Assembly: GCA_051654865.1 (NCBI GenBank)
Contig: JBOFYV010000007.1
Span: 32,053 to 96,052, forward strand
Direction of reading: 5' to 3'
Length of the DNA: 64,000 nt
Source of the DNA: Peptostreptococcaceae bacterium
Lineage (GTDB): Bacteria; Bacillota; Clostridia; Peptostreptococcales; Peptostreptococcaceae
Shown: positions 29,267 through 38,075 of the stretch, piece after piece
How the letters are laid out: each line of letters starts with the position of its first letter
Numbering within the stretch: position 1 is the stretch's first letter
Program-made: the position numbers and the translations under genes
The notes under the pieces: model-generated
Told to the model about the DNA's origin: nothing
Seen by the model: the letters and a program-made list of their open reading frames with translations, nothing else
The model's database searches: none

Positions 29267-31231
29267 ATGGTGATTAAAATTTCAAAGTCTAAAGGAATAT
29301 TATCCAATTTAAAAAAAATCTTAATCTCTAGTGAAACAAATGTAGTTTCTTATGATGAATCGAGCAGAGATAAGGCTATTGTTGATGAAAATAATTATGA
29401 TGACTCAGATATAAGCCTATCACTTGATCAAGCTATTACAAATGAGACTCAAGTAAATACTGAGGAGTTAAAAGAATTCATAAATTCGGAGGTAAACATA
29501 AAAATTGATGAGGATACTTGTTTTGATGTGCTAGATACAAAAGGAAATAGTTATTATACAACTGGAAAAAGAAAAATTCTTTTCAAGGTAGAAAAATACA
29601 AATTTAACTACCCAGTACCTAAATCTACAACACTATATTATTACCCCAATTTACCTATAATACAAAGCTTAGAATATACAACAAAAACTAAAACGGATAA
29701 AACTAAAACTACTACAATAATTTGTAACAATCAGCAGGTAGATGTACCAATTGAATATGAGTATGATGAAGTTACATTTAAACCATATGTTTCTTATTCT
29801 GTTGCTCTTTATAATCAAAAACCATCGTGTTTAATTGATACATCTAAAGGGGATTTTGATATAAATAATTTAGATATCTACACATTAGAAAATGACTCTT
29901 TATTTTTAATACCATTTACAATGTGTTTTCCTAAACCTGCAAAAGTTTTTTATCCTTCAGATTATTTAGTTGAAGTTTCAATTGTAAATCCAATAGGAGG
30001 TAAAGTTTCCCCAGTTTGTGAATTTGATTCTTACTATCTATATGAGGTTGAAGTAATAATTGAGTTAACTATAGCTCAATCTGTAAATCTAAACACTATA
30101 AATATGGATACTCTAAATGTTTTAAATGCTAAATTAGATAAACCTTTTGGAAATACAATATTTACTCAATGTGAACTTGAATCTGTCACAGAAATTGATT
30201 TTTCAACATTAAATACATTAAATAATTCTAGAATTAGTACTGTGTATTTAGATTATAATATATTTGATTATCTTCCAAATCTGAGTATATTAAATATTTC
30301 GGGAACTAATGCAAATCAAAATACATCATCTAACTTTGCACATTTAAATAATCTTCATAAATTAACTAGATTAATAGCAGCAGATAATAATTTTAATAAT
30401 TACAATGGATTTAGCATACTTACAAATTTGGTAGGGAGTCTTACTGGTTTAAATCTAAATAATACATCTGATTTAGTTAATAATATCAGTGTATTAGGAG
30501 TACCTGATGGGGATATTTCACCTATTATGATATTTACTAATTTAATAAGACTAGATCTTTCTGGAAATAAATTGAGTAGTTTACCTGCGTCTATTAGTAG
30601 TCTTTCTAATTTAGTTAACTTAAATTTAAGTAATAACAACTTGATTTCATTACCAACAGAGTTTTCTAGTCTTACAAACTTAAAATCATTAGATTTATCA
30701 AAGAATAAGATAGATGATTTGTCAGCTTTATATGGTCTTGATAATATAGAGTATTTAAACATAGCAGGTAATACTATAGATCCAAATATTATTGAAAATT
30801 TAAAGGTCACGATATTGGATTTTTCTAATAGTAACCTTAATAATCAATCTCTAAATACATTGAAATTAGCTAGTACAGTAGAAACTCTTATAATTTCAGA
30901 AAATCATATATCTGATTTAACTCCATTAGGAGAATATAATATTGAGATTATAGCTAAAAATCAAAGTTTCGATTATGGTACACTTAATAGTCAAGCAGGA
31001 GGAATATATATACTTGAGTTAGAAGATTTCTTACTAGATGAGCAAGGATATGTTCCATGTATTAATTATATTTCAGATGAAGGTACTTGTGAACCTGTTG
31101 AAAGTTGTGATTGTATGAGTATAATATGGATAAATTTAAATCCTGTAACTCAAGCTTATTTTACTTTCTCAAATGAAACTAATACTTTTGATGGGACGGT
31201 TACAGTCGAACTTACCTTGACTCAAGCATAG
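29267..31231 (+). CDS. leucine-rich repeat (LRR) protein without signal peptide, with a Thr/Lys-rich tract and a Cys-containing C-terminal domain
   Basis: 654 aa; about 10 LRR units (LxxLxLSxNxLxSLP) at aa ~420-520; TTKTKTDKTKTTT tract; no RBS and no N-terminal signal; C-terminal CINYISDEGTCEPVESCDC. Confidence 0.65.
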   Translation: MVIKISKSKGILSNLKKILISSETNVVSYDESSRDKAIVDENNYDDSDISLSLDQAITNETQVNTEELKEFINSEVNIKIDEDTCFDVLDTKGNSYYTTGKRKILFKVEKYKFNYPVPKSTTLYYYPNLPIIQSLEYTTKTKTDKTKTTTIICNNQQVDVPIEYEYDEVTFKPYVSYSVALYNQKPSCLIDTSKGDFDINNLDIYTLENDSLFLIPFTMCFPKPAKVFYPSDYLVEVSIVNPIGGKVSPVCEFDSYYLYEVEVIIELTIAQSVNLNTINMDTLNVLNAKLDKPFGNTIFTQCELESVTEIDFSTLNTLNNSRISTVYLDYNIFDYLPNLSILNISGTNANQNTSSNFAHLNNLHKLTRLIAADNNFNNYNGFSILTNLVGSLTGLNLNNTSDLVNNISVLGVPDGDISPIMIFTNLIRLDLSGNKLSSLPASISSLSNLVNLNLSNNNLISLPTEFSSLTNLKSLDLSKNKIDDLSALYGLDNIEYLNIAGNTIDPNIIENLKVTILDFSNSNLNNQSLNTLKLASTVETLIISENHISDLTPLGEYNIEIIAKNQSFDYGTLNSQAGGIYILELEDFLLDEQGYVPCINYISDEGTCEPVESCDCMSIIWINLNPVTQAYFTFSNETNTFDGTVTVELTLTQA

Positions 31232-31246
31232 AAACATAATTTAAAA

Positions 31247-31291
31247 TAAAAGTCTTCTATTATTTATAAAGATAGAAGACTTTTATTTTTA
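31247..31291 (+). terminator. rho-independent terminator
   Basis: aaagtcttctat ...11 nt... atagaagactttt followed by attttta. Confidence 0.75.
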
Positions 31292-31303
31292 TGAGGTGAT
31301 TGT

Positions 31304-32011
31304 ATGATTAATAATGGATTTTCTATTATTACTGTAACTAATAGGAAATATTGCATAGATAATATATTGAAAAACTACTATAATCAGATGTTTACTAATA
31401 AAGAACTTATTATTATTATTAACTCAGACTATATTGAAATAAGTGATTTTAGTAGATATACTAATGACTTAAATGTACGTATATTCAATAAATTAGGTAA
31501 CGTCACACTAGGAGAATGCTTAAATTTTGCAATAGAAAAATGTAATTATGACTTTATTGCAAAATTTGATGATGATGACTACTATGGCGTGTATTATATA
31601 CAAGAAGCCTTTAATATATTTTCAAATAACAGTTGTGCAGTTGTAGGCAAAAGTAGAACGTATTATTATATAGAAAAAAATAATGAATTAATGTTAAAGA
31701 AAATAGGAAATGAAAATAAATATAGCAACTCTATAATGGGATCTACTATTTGTTTTAAAAAAGAAGTTTATCAGAAGATAAAATTTAGACATATATCATC
31801 TAGGGAAGATTACTATTTTAATAAGGATTGTATAAATAGTGGGTACAGAATATTTTCATCATCTTCTTTTAATCATATTGTATTTAAGCATTCAGATGAA
31901 TATAAACATACTTTTATGTCTAATATTGAGATACTAATGGGTAAATGTGAAATTATTAAAGAAAATATATCTTTTGAAGAGAGTTTTAAATTTGTAGACT
32001 TTTTAACTTAA
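31304..32011 (+). CDS. GT-A fold (GT2-like) glycosyltransferase, paralog A
   Basis: 235 aa; FSIITVTNRKY..NKELIIIINSD N-terminus and KFDDDDYYG DxD motif; no TM segment; paralogous to 33197..33937. Confidence 0.6.
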   Translation: MINNGFSIITVTNRKYCIDNILKNYYNQMFTNKELIIIINSDYIEISDFSRYTNDLNVRIFNKLGNVTLGECLNFAIEKCNYDFIAKFDDDDYYGVYYIQEAFNIFSNNSCAVVGKSRTYYYIEKNNELMLKKIGNENKYSNSIMGSTICFKKEVYQKIKFRHISSREDYYFNKDCINSGYRIFSSSSFNHIVFKHSDEYKHTFMSNIEILMGKCEIIKENISFEESFKFVDFLT

Positions 32012-32020
32012 AACTTGATA

Positions 32021-32075
32021 TAAATATTAATACAAGGAAGAATAAAGACGTTTTAGTCATTAATCTTTCCTTGTA
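32021..32075. terminator. bidirectional terminator
   Basis: acaaggaaga ...23 nt... tctttccttgt followed by atattttattta; lies between convergent genes. Confidence 0.6.
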
Positions 32076-32079
32076 TATT

Positions 32080-32982
32080 TTATTTATCTAGTATTATTAA
32101 ACCTTGTCTTGCACCAGAATGCTTATAGTTTATACCAGTATAATAAAAGTAATATATACTATTGACAATAGTTAAACTTGGTCTGTATAATCCATTCTTA
32201 TCCCAATTATTATCACTTACCTTTAGTATTGTAGAACAATTGCTCCAAAGTTTATTATCTAGGCTACAGGAATATATACATGATTGTCTATTTTTTACAT
32301 TTGCTACTAATTCATACAGTTCACCGTTTTTAATAACGTCGATATGCCAGAGTTTAATTTCGCTAAGTTGCATATCTCTTATGTGCATTAAATTTATGCC
32401 ATCCAAGCTCTCATAATATCTAAGTAGATAAGTGTTATAGTCTAAAGTTCCAACAAACCATACTTTGTATATATCATCATTATATATAACGGCAGGAGAT
32501 AATAGCCAACCATCAGTACCATTACTTTCTAATAATTTTATTCGTGTAGACCAATGTATTCCATCAGTGGAAACTTTTTTATATATAGTCTCTTTTCTTG
32601 GATTTTTAGAAAAGTGTCGATACCATACTTCCATAGTATCTCCATTCATAACTATATGTGTATCGCTATTGTATTCCAAGTTTTCTTTTTTTATATTATC
32701 AATAGGGTTTATTAATCCATTAGGCACAGTCCAATTTACACTATCATTTGAAACAACAATACAGGGATTTTCTATATTTTCATTTATTGAAGGGTAGTAT
32801 GTTAAAGGTGTAAATACCATCCAAAATTTATATCCATTCCACCCATTGTCAAAGTATAATGTTTTGCTGTGAACACATTGATTGCTACCGTCATAAGTAG
32901 GAATATTCAAATATTGAGATGCATTATCAAGATAAGTTTTATCTAATGAGAGAGTTTTTTTGTAAAACATAATATATACCAC
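32080..32982 (-). CDS. beta-propeller glycoside hydrolase-like protein (GH43/GH32/GH130-type fold, uncertain)
   Basis: 300 aa; repeated W/Y-rich blade-like segments; no signal peptide; RBS aggtgg. Confidence 0.35.
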   Translation of the reverse strand: MVYIMFYKKTLSLDKTYLDNASQYLNIPTYDGSNQCVHSKTLYFDNGWNGYKFWMVFTPLTYYPSINENIENPCIVVSNDSVNWTVPNGLINPIDNIKKENLEYNSDTHIVMNGDTMEVWYRHFSKNPRKETIYKKVSTDGIHWSTRIKLLESNGTDGWLLSPAVIYNDDIYKVWFVGTLDYNTYLLRYYESLDGINLMHIRDMQLSEIKLWHIDVIKNGELYELVANVKNRQSCIYSCSLDNKLWSNCSTILKVSDNNWDKNGLYRPSLTIVNSIYYFYYTGINYKHSGARQGLIILDK

Positions 32983-33196
32983 CTATAATTATTTTATATT
33001 TGACAAACACATACAAATATATCTATATATTAGCATATGTATTTTATAAAAAAATGTAACATTATATAATAAAATAAAATATACACATTATAATTTAAAG
33101 ATATAAAATTAAGAATAATTCAGGAACTAATGAAATTGCAATGCATATTATATTATAAATATATGAACATGGTAAATTTAAAGGAGGAGAATTAAG

Positions 33197-33937
33197 TTGA
33201 CTATTGAAGAGGGATTCTCTGTTGTTACATCAACTTATAGATACGAGTGTATAGAGAACTTGATTAATAATTTTATAGTTCAAGATTTTAAAAATAAAGA
33301 ATTAATAGTAATAATAAATAATGATAGTATAGAAATATCTGATTTTGATATTTATACACAAAAAGAGTCGAGTATAAAAGTTTACAAACTTCCACAAGCG
33401 ACAAATCTAGGAATTTGTTTGAATTTTGCAATAAGCAAAGCAAAATATAAATATGTAGCTAAATTTGATGATGATGATTTGTATGGCAAAAACTATTTAA
33501 AAGAAGCGTATAATGCTTTTATTAAAGAAGATTGTGATGTGGTTGGTAAATGGCAGTATTTAATTTATTTAGAAGGAGAAAATAAAATTCTTGCAAGGCC
33601 TAAAGATCCAAGGAGAAGTAGACAATTTGCATATGTATCGTGGCTTCCTGGGGCTACTCTTTGCTTTAAAAAAAGTATATTTGAAGACATAGAATTTTCT
33701 GATATAAATAGTCAAGTAGATGATGATATAATGAAAAAATGTGTTGAAAAAAAATTAAAGATATTTTCAACATCAAGAAATAATTTTATAGCAATGAGAC
33801 ATATAGATACAAATAAGCACACATGGAAGATAACTCATGAGAAACTTATAGAAACTTGTACTTTGATTAAAGAGGATATATCATTTGAAAAAGCGTATGA
33901 AGCTATAAATAATGATGATGATTTATATACAAATTAA
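33197..33937 (+). CDS. GT-A fold (GT2-like) glycosyltransferase, paralog B
   Basis: 246 aa; TTG start with RBS aaggaggag; FSVVTSTYRYECIENL..NKELIVIINND and KFDDDDLYG; about 40-45% identical by eye to paralog A. Confidence 0.6.
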   Translation: MTIEEGFSVVTSTYRYECIENLINNFIVQDFKNKELIVIINNDSIEISDFDIYTQKESSIKVYKLPQATNLGICLNFAISKAKYKYVAKFDDDDLYGKNYLKEAYNAFIKEDCDVVGKWQYLIYLEGENKILARPKDPRRSRQFAYVSWLPGATLCFKKSIFEDIEFSDINSQVDDDIMKKCVEKKLKIFSTSRNNFIAMRHIDTNKHTWKITHEKLIETCTLIKEDISFEKAYEAINNDDDLYTN

Positions 33938-33999
33938 AATTTATACTATACAAACATATAATAAGCAATAAATTATATCATAATAGAAAGGAGCCAAAT

Positions 34000-35292
34000 A
34001 TGTTATATAGTAAATCAGAATATAATAAAATCGCAGTAATTGGACTAGGATATGTAGGATTACCGCTAGCTATAGAATTTGATAAACATTTTAGCGTAAT
34101 TGGATTTGATATAGATAAAAACAAGATAAAATCATATATTGAAGGAATAGATGCGACAAATGAAGTTGGAGATGATAATTTAAAAAACAGTACTATTGAG
34201 TTTACATCAGATGAAACAAAACTAAAGGAAGCGAACTTTTATATAATAGCAGTTCCAACTCCAATAAATATAGATAAAACACCTGATTTAAATCCTATAA
34301 TATCAGCAAGTGAAATTGTAGGTAGAAATTTAGAATCAGGAGCTGTAATCGTATATGAATCAACTGTTTATCCAGGACTTACAGAAGAAGTATGTATTCC
34401 TATACTTGAGAAAAGTTCAAGTCTTAAATGCAAAGATGATTTTAAGGTGGGGTATTCTCCTGAAAGGATAAACCCTGGAGATAAAGTAAATAAACTTCCA
34501 AGTATAGTTAAGATAGTTTCTGGATGTGATGAAGAAGCATTAGAAATTATATCTAATATATATGGTGTAATAATTAAAGCAGGATTATGTAAAGTGAAGA
34601 ATATAAAAGTTGCAGAAGCCGCAAAAATACTAGAAAATTCACAAAGAGATATAAATATAGCATTTGTAAATGAAGTTGCAATGATTTTTCATAAAATGGA
34701 TATAGATATAAATGAAGTATTAAATGCTTGTAAGACTAAGTGGAATTTTTTAGACTTTACACCGGGCTTAGTAGGTGGAAATTGTATAGGTGTAGATCCA
34801 TATTACTTAATATATAAAGCAAATACTCTAAGCTGCTCATCTCAAATAATATCTTCAGCTAGAAATATAAATGATAATATGGGAAATTATATAGGTGAAA
34901 ATATAATAAAAAAACTTATTCTTTGCAACAAAAAGGTAAAAAACGCTAATGTAGGCATATTTGGAATAACATTTAAGGAAGATTGTCCAGATTGTAGCAA
35001 TAGTAAAGTAGTAGATATAATTAATTATTTAAAGGAATATGATGTAAATATAAAGGTTTTTGATCCAGTAGCTAGTTTTGATGAAATTAAGAAGAAATTT
35101 AATGTAGAGCTATGCAAAATAGAAGAAATGAAAGACTTTGATGTTATAGTATTTGCAGTAAATCATCAGTTCTTCAAAGACACATTTAATATAGAAAATA
35201 TAAGTATACTCTATCAATCTGATACTAAAATTTTGATAGACATAAAAGGTATCTTTGATGATACAGATAAGTATGTATATTGGAGATTATGA
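34000..35292 (+). CDS. nucleotide-sugar dehydrogenase (UDP-GlcNAc/UDP-ManNAc 6-dehydrogenase family, TviB/WbpA/Cap5O-like)
   Basis: 430 aa; N-terminal Rossmann KIAVIGLGYVGLPLA; central catalytic Cys region GGNCIGVDPYY. Confidence 0.75.
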   Translation: MLYSKSEYNKIAVIGLGYVGLPLAIEFDKHFSVIGFDIDKNKIKSYIEGIDATNEVGDDNLKNSTIEFTSDETKLKEANFYIIAVPTPINIDKTPDLNPIISASEIVGRNLESGAVIVYESTVYPGLTEEVCIPILEKSSSLKCKDDFKVGYSPERINPGDKVNKLPSIVKIVSGCDEEALEIISNIYGVIIKAGLCKVKNIKVAEAAKILENSQRDINIAFVNEVAMIFHKMDIDINEVLNACKTKWNFLDFTPGLVGGNCIGVDPYYLIYKANTLSCSSQIISSARNINDNMGNYIGENIIKKLILCNKKVKNANVGIFGITFKEDCPDCSNSKVVDIINYLKEYDVNIKVFDPVASFDEIKKKFNVELCKIEEMKDFDVIVFAVNHQFFKDTFNIENISILYQSDTKILIDIKGIFDDTDKYVYWRL

Positions 35293-35324
35293 TTTTAGTT
35301 ATAAAAAATTAAAAGGTGATAGAT

Positions 35325-36887
35325 ATGAACTTGGATTTAAATCAAAGTAAATGGTTAAGCAAAAGTAAAGTGAAAATATATAATGATAATAATTTTTTAG
35401 TAATAGAATATGATGAATCAAGCAGTGAACATGGGTATGAATATATACAATATGAACATTTTACTACATTCACTAAATATAGTGAAAAAGATAGAACTGA
35501 TATGAGCCCAAATAATGTCTATAGGGTAGATTTTGATGGCAAAATTGAAGGTAATATAAATGTACTATTGACAATAAAAACTTATTCAAAAGCAGGACAA
35601 CTGTCCTCTAATAATATAACTACAGGTAGTAGTATTATTATGAAAGCAGATGAAAATATAATATCCTATAAAGTTGCAATAAGAGTAAGTGGAAAAGGTA
35701 GAATAGTAATCAATAATATAAGTATAAATGATTTTAATGAAAATTATTTAGCAAATAAAGACAAAAGTGAAAAATATCTTATATTAACCAATGGGTACCC
35801 TAGTGATAATGATTTATATAGAAATGCATTTATTCATAGAAGAGCAAAACTGTATAAATCTAGTAACTTAAATCTTGATATATATTATTTATGCAAAGAC
35901 AGATATTTGATTAGCTATAAATTTGATGGAGTTGATATATACAAAGGTAATAGTAAAATGTTAGAAGATGTTATTAAATATGGAAATTATAAAAAAATAT
36001 TAATACATTTTGTAGACTCAACTATGATTGATACAATAAATAAAAATATACCTAATATAGAAAAAGTTGTGTGGATTCATGGTTATGAAGCTGAACGATG
36101 GGATAGAAGACTATTTAATTATACAGGCGATGAAATAGATAGAAATAAGTTTATATTTGATAAAAATGATGAAAATAAGTTTATATTTCTAAGAAAAATA
36201 TATAAAAGTCCTGAATATACATTTGTGTTTGTATCTAATTATCATAAAGAAGCTTGTGAGAGTGATGCTAATACAAAAACAAAACACTCATATGTAATTC
36301 CAAATGTAGTAGATGAAAAGCTTTTTAATTTTACACCAAAAGATATAGAACAAAGAAAAAAGATACTTTTAATAAGACCGTTTAAATACAAACATTGTGC
36401 TAATGACTTAGCAGTAAAAGCAATAATAGAATTAGCTAAAAGAGAAATTTTTAAAGAATTAGAGTTTAATATATACGGAGAAGGTAGTTTATTCTATGAG
36501 ACTTTAAGTCCTATAAAGGATTTAAAAAATGTTAACATACACAATACCTTTTTAACTCAAGATGAAATTTCACAAATGCACAAAAAACATGGAGTGTTAT
36601 TGTGTCCAACAAGAAAAGATAGTCAGGGTGTATCAATATGTGAGGCAATGAGTAGTGGACTAGTACCTGTTTCCACAAATATAGATGCTATACCAGAATT
36701 TGTTCCTTTCAATTGTGGTATGCTATCAAATCCAGAAGATTATATAGGGCTTGCCAATTCAATAGAATATATTTATAACCATCCTGATATATTTTTAGAA
36801 ATGTCCCAAAATGCATCTTCTTTTATTAAGAATAAGTGTGGAATAGATAAGACAATATCAAAAGAATTAGAAATAATAAGACGCTAA
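35325..36887 (+). CDS. GT4-family (GT-B, Glycos_transf_1) glycosyltransferase with an N-terminal extension of about 140 aa
   Basis: C-terminal ...HGVLLCPTRKDSQGVSICEAMSSGLVPVSTNIDAIPEFV typical GT4 E-x7-E region; ATG 35325 preferred over GTG 35316 on RBS spacing. Confidence 0.65.
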   Translation: MNLDLNQSKWLSKSKVKIYNDNNFLVIEYDESSSEHGYEYIQYEHFTTFTKYSEKDRTDMSPNNVYRVDFDGKIEGNINVLLTIKTYSKAGQLSSNNITTGSSIIMKADENIISYKVAIRVSGKGRIVINNISINDFNENYLANKDKSEKYLILTNGYPSDNDLYRNAFIHRRAKLYKSSNLNLDIYYLCKDRYLISYKFDGVDIYKGNSKMLEDVIKYGNYKKILIHFVDSTMIDTINKNIPNIEKVVWIHGYEAERWDRRLFNYTGDEIDRNKFIFDKNDENKFIFLRKIYKSPEYTFVFVSNYHKEACESDANTKTKHSYVIPNVVDEKLFNFTPKDIEQRKKILLIRPFKYKHCANDLAVKAIIELAKREIFKELEFNIYGEGSLFYETLSPIKDLKNVNIHNTFLTQDEISQMHKKHGVLLCPTRKDSQGVSICEAMSSGLVPVSTNIDAIPEFVPFNCGMLSNPEDYIGLANSIEYIYNHPDIFLEMSQNASSFIKNKCGIDKTISKELEIIRR

Positions 36888-36893
36888 AACTTT

Positions 36894-36942
36894 AGCCAAT
36901 AGTACCTAGAAATTAATATGGAAGCTATTGGCTTTATTATGT
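36894..36942 (+). terminator. candidate terminator
   Basis: agccaatag ...23 nt... ctattggct followed by ttattatg; weak U-tract. Confidence 0.35.
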
Positions 36943-36996
36943 CTATTCAAAACATTTCATTATTAGTTAAATGCTTGTTAGTATGATGAAGTTGTA

Positions 36997-37686
36997 TTAA
37001 TCCTTAGACAAGTTAAAATTATTTAAAATTATTTTCTTTTGAATAGAATTATCTATAATATTCCTTACAAATGGATGATTAAACTTAGTGCTAGTATTTT
37101 GACCATGTAGTATTACCATAAAATTTCCACTATTAAATACATAATGATTAAGTTTTATTGCATTAGTATGGCTATTTAGTATATATCTGAATCCACTTAA
37201 ATAGTCTTGAACTTTGTAAATAAGAGTAAAAAAAGGAGGGGATTGAGCATACCAAATTCCCAAATTATCACCAACTATATCATAGACATAACCTTCTTTA
37301 TTTACTATACACTCTAAGTTGGAGGTATGCTCAAAATCTATTAATTGTTGAATGAAATTAGGATGATACATATCATCACTGTCTAGTCTTACAATATAAA
37401 GATAATCATAACCATGTATAATTTTTTTTATAAGAGCGTTTCCACTAGATGTAAAGATTATATTAGAAGGCATTAAATCATATTGAGAAAGAGCGCTTTG
37501 AATTAATACCTCGCTAAGTTCATCATAGTGAATTATAGCAGTAAAAGATTGGTTAGTTTGATTTATCAAACTTTTAAATGTATAATTCATAAAAATGCTC
37601 ATTCTATAGTCAATCCATTCTTTATTTAGTCGAAATTGGTTTAGTTTATTCTTATTGAAACTAATATCAATAATTATTTTTTTCAT
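36997..37686 (-). CDS. GT-A fold glycosyltransferase (DSDD motif; putative rhamnosyltransferase-like family)
   Basis: 229 aa; LYIVRLDSDDMYHPNF DxD-type motif; RBS gaggtga; no TM. Confidence 0.5.
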   Translation of the reverse strand: MKKIIIDISFNKNKLNQFRLNKEWIDYRMSIFMNYTFKSLINQTNQSFTAIIHYDELSEVLIQSALSQYDLMPSNIIFTSSGNALIKKIIHGYDYLYIVRLDSDDMYHPNFIQQLIDFEHTSNLECIVNKEGYVYDIVGDNLGIWYAQSPPFFTLIYKVQDYLSGFRYILNSHTNAIKLNHYVFNSGNFMVILHGQNTSTKFNHPFVRNIIDNSIQKKIILNNFNLSKD

Positions 37687-37788
37687 AGTATCACCTCAAT
37701 ATACAATATGTAAATTTATAGGAAATAGTGCTACCTTCTATACTCATAAGTGATTCATAGTTATTAAATATGCAAATTAATATCCTTT

Positions 37789-37917
37789 GATCAATATATA
37801 ATTGTAAAAGATATTGGAATTGGAATGCCTAAAGAAAAAATAGAAAATAAAGATGATGACATATTAGATTCACCGACTCAATTTTTAAGTGGGGGAAATA
37901 TATTATAGGTGGAATTT
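37789..37917 (+). pseudogene. short remnant resembling a histidine-kinase ATP-binding G1 box
   Basis: Frame reads ISFDQYIIVKDIGIGMPKEKIENKDDDILDSPTQFLSGGNIL-stop with no usable start; compare VKDTGIGMS in the intact kinase at 55427..57403. Confidence 0.25.
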
Positions 37918-38075
37918 TCGGATATATATATAAAGATAAGATAAAAAGTCAGAATATATCAAAAGACTATGAATTTTAAAAATTAATAGTCTTTTTTGCA
38001 TATCGAAATATAAAGGGAATAGTTTTATGAAAAAGAATATAAATTAAGAAGTAAATTATTGGGGGAAATTGTAAC

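Noticed and set aside
29267-31231. Secreted internalin-like adhesin
   Set aside because: There is no signal peptide, LPXTG, SLH or cell-wall-binding repeats. An in-frame stop at 29252 prevents any longer N-terminus.
36100-36200. 15-nt direct repeat aataagtttatattt inside the GT4 gene
   Set aside because: It is an internal in-frame duplication (RNKFIF / ENKFIF) of a short peptide, not a repeat element.
29267-37686. Capsule or teichoic-acid biosynthesis locus
   Set aside because: There is no Wzx/Wzy, ABC exporter, polyprenyl-phosphate sugar transferase or LCP ligase. Every encoded protein is predicted soluble, so I interpret it as cytoplasmic glycosylation instead.
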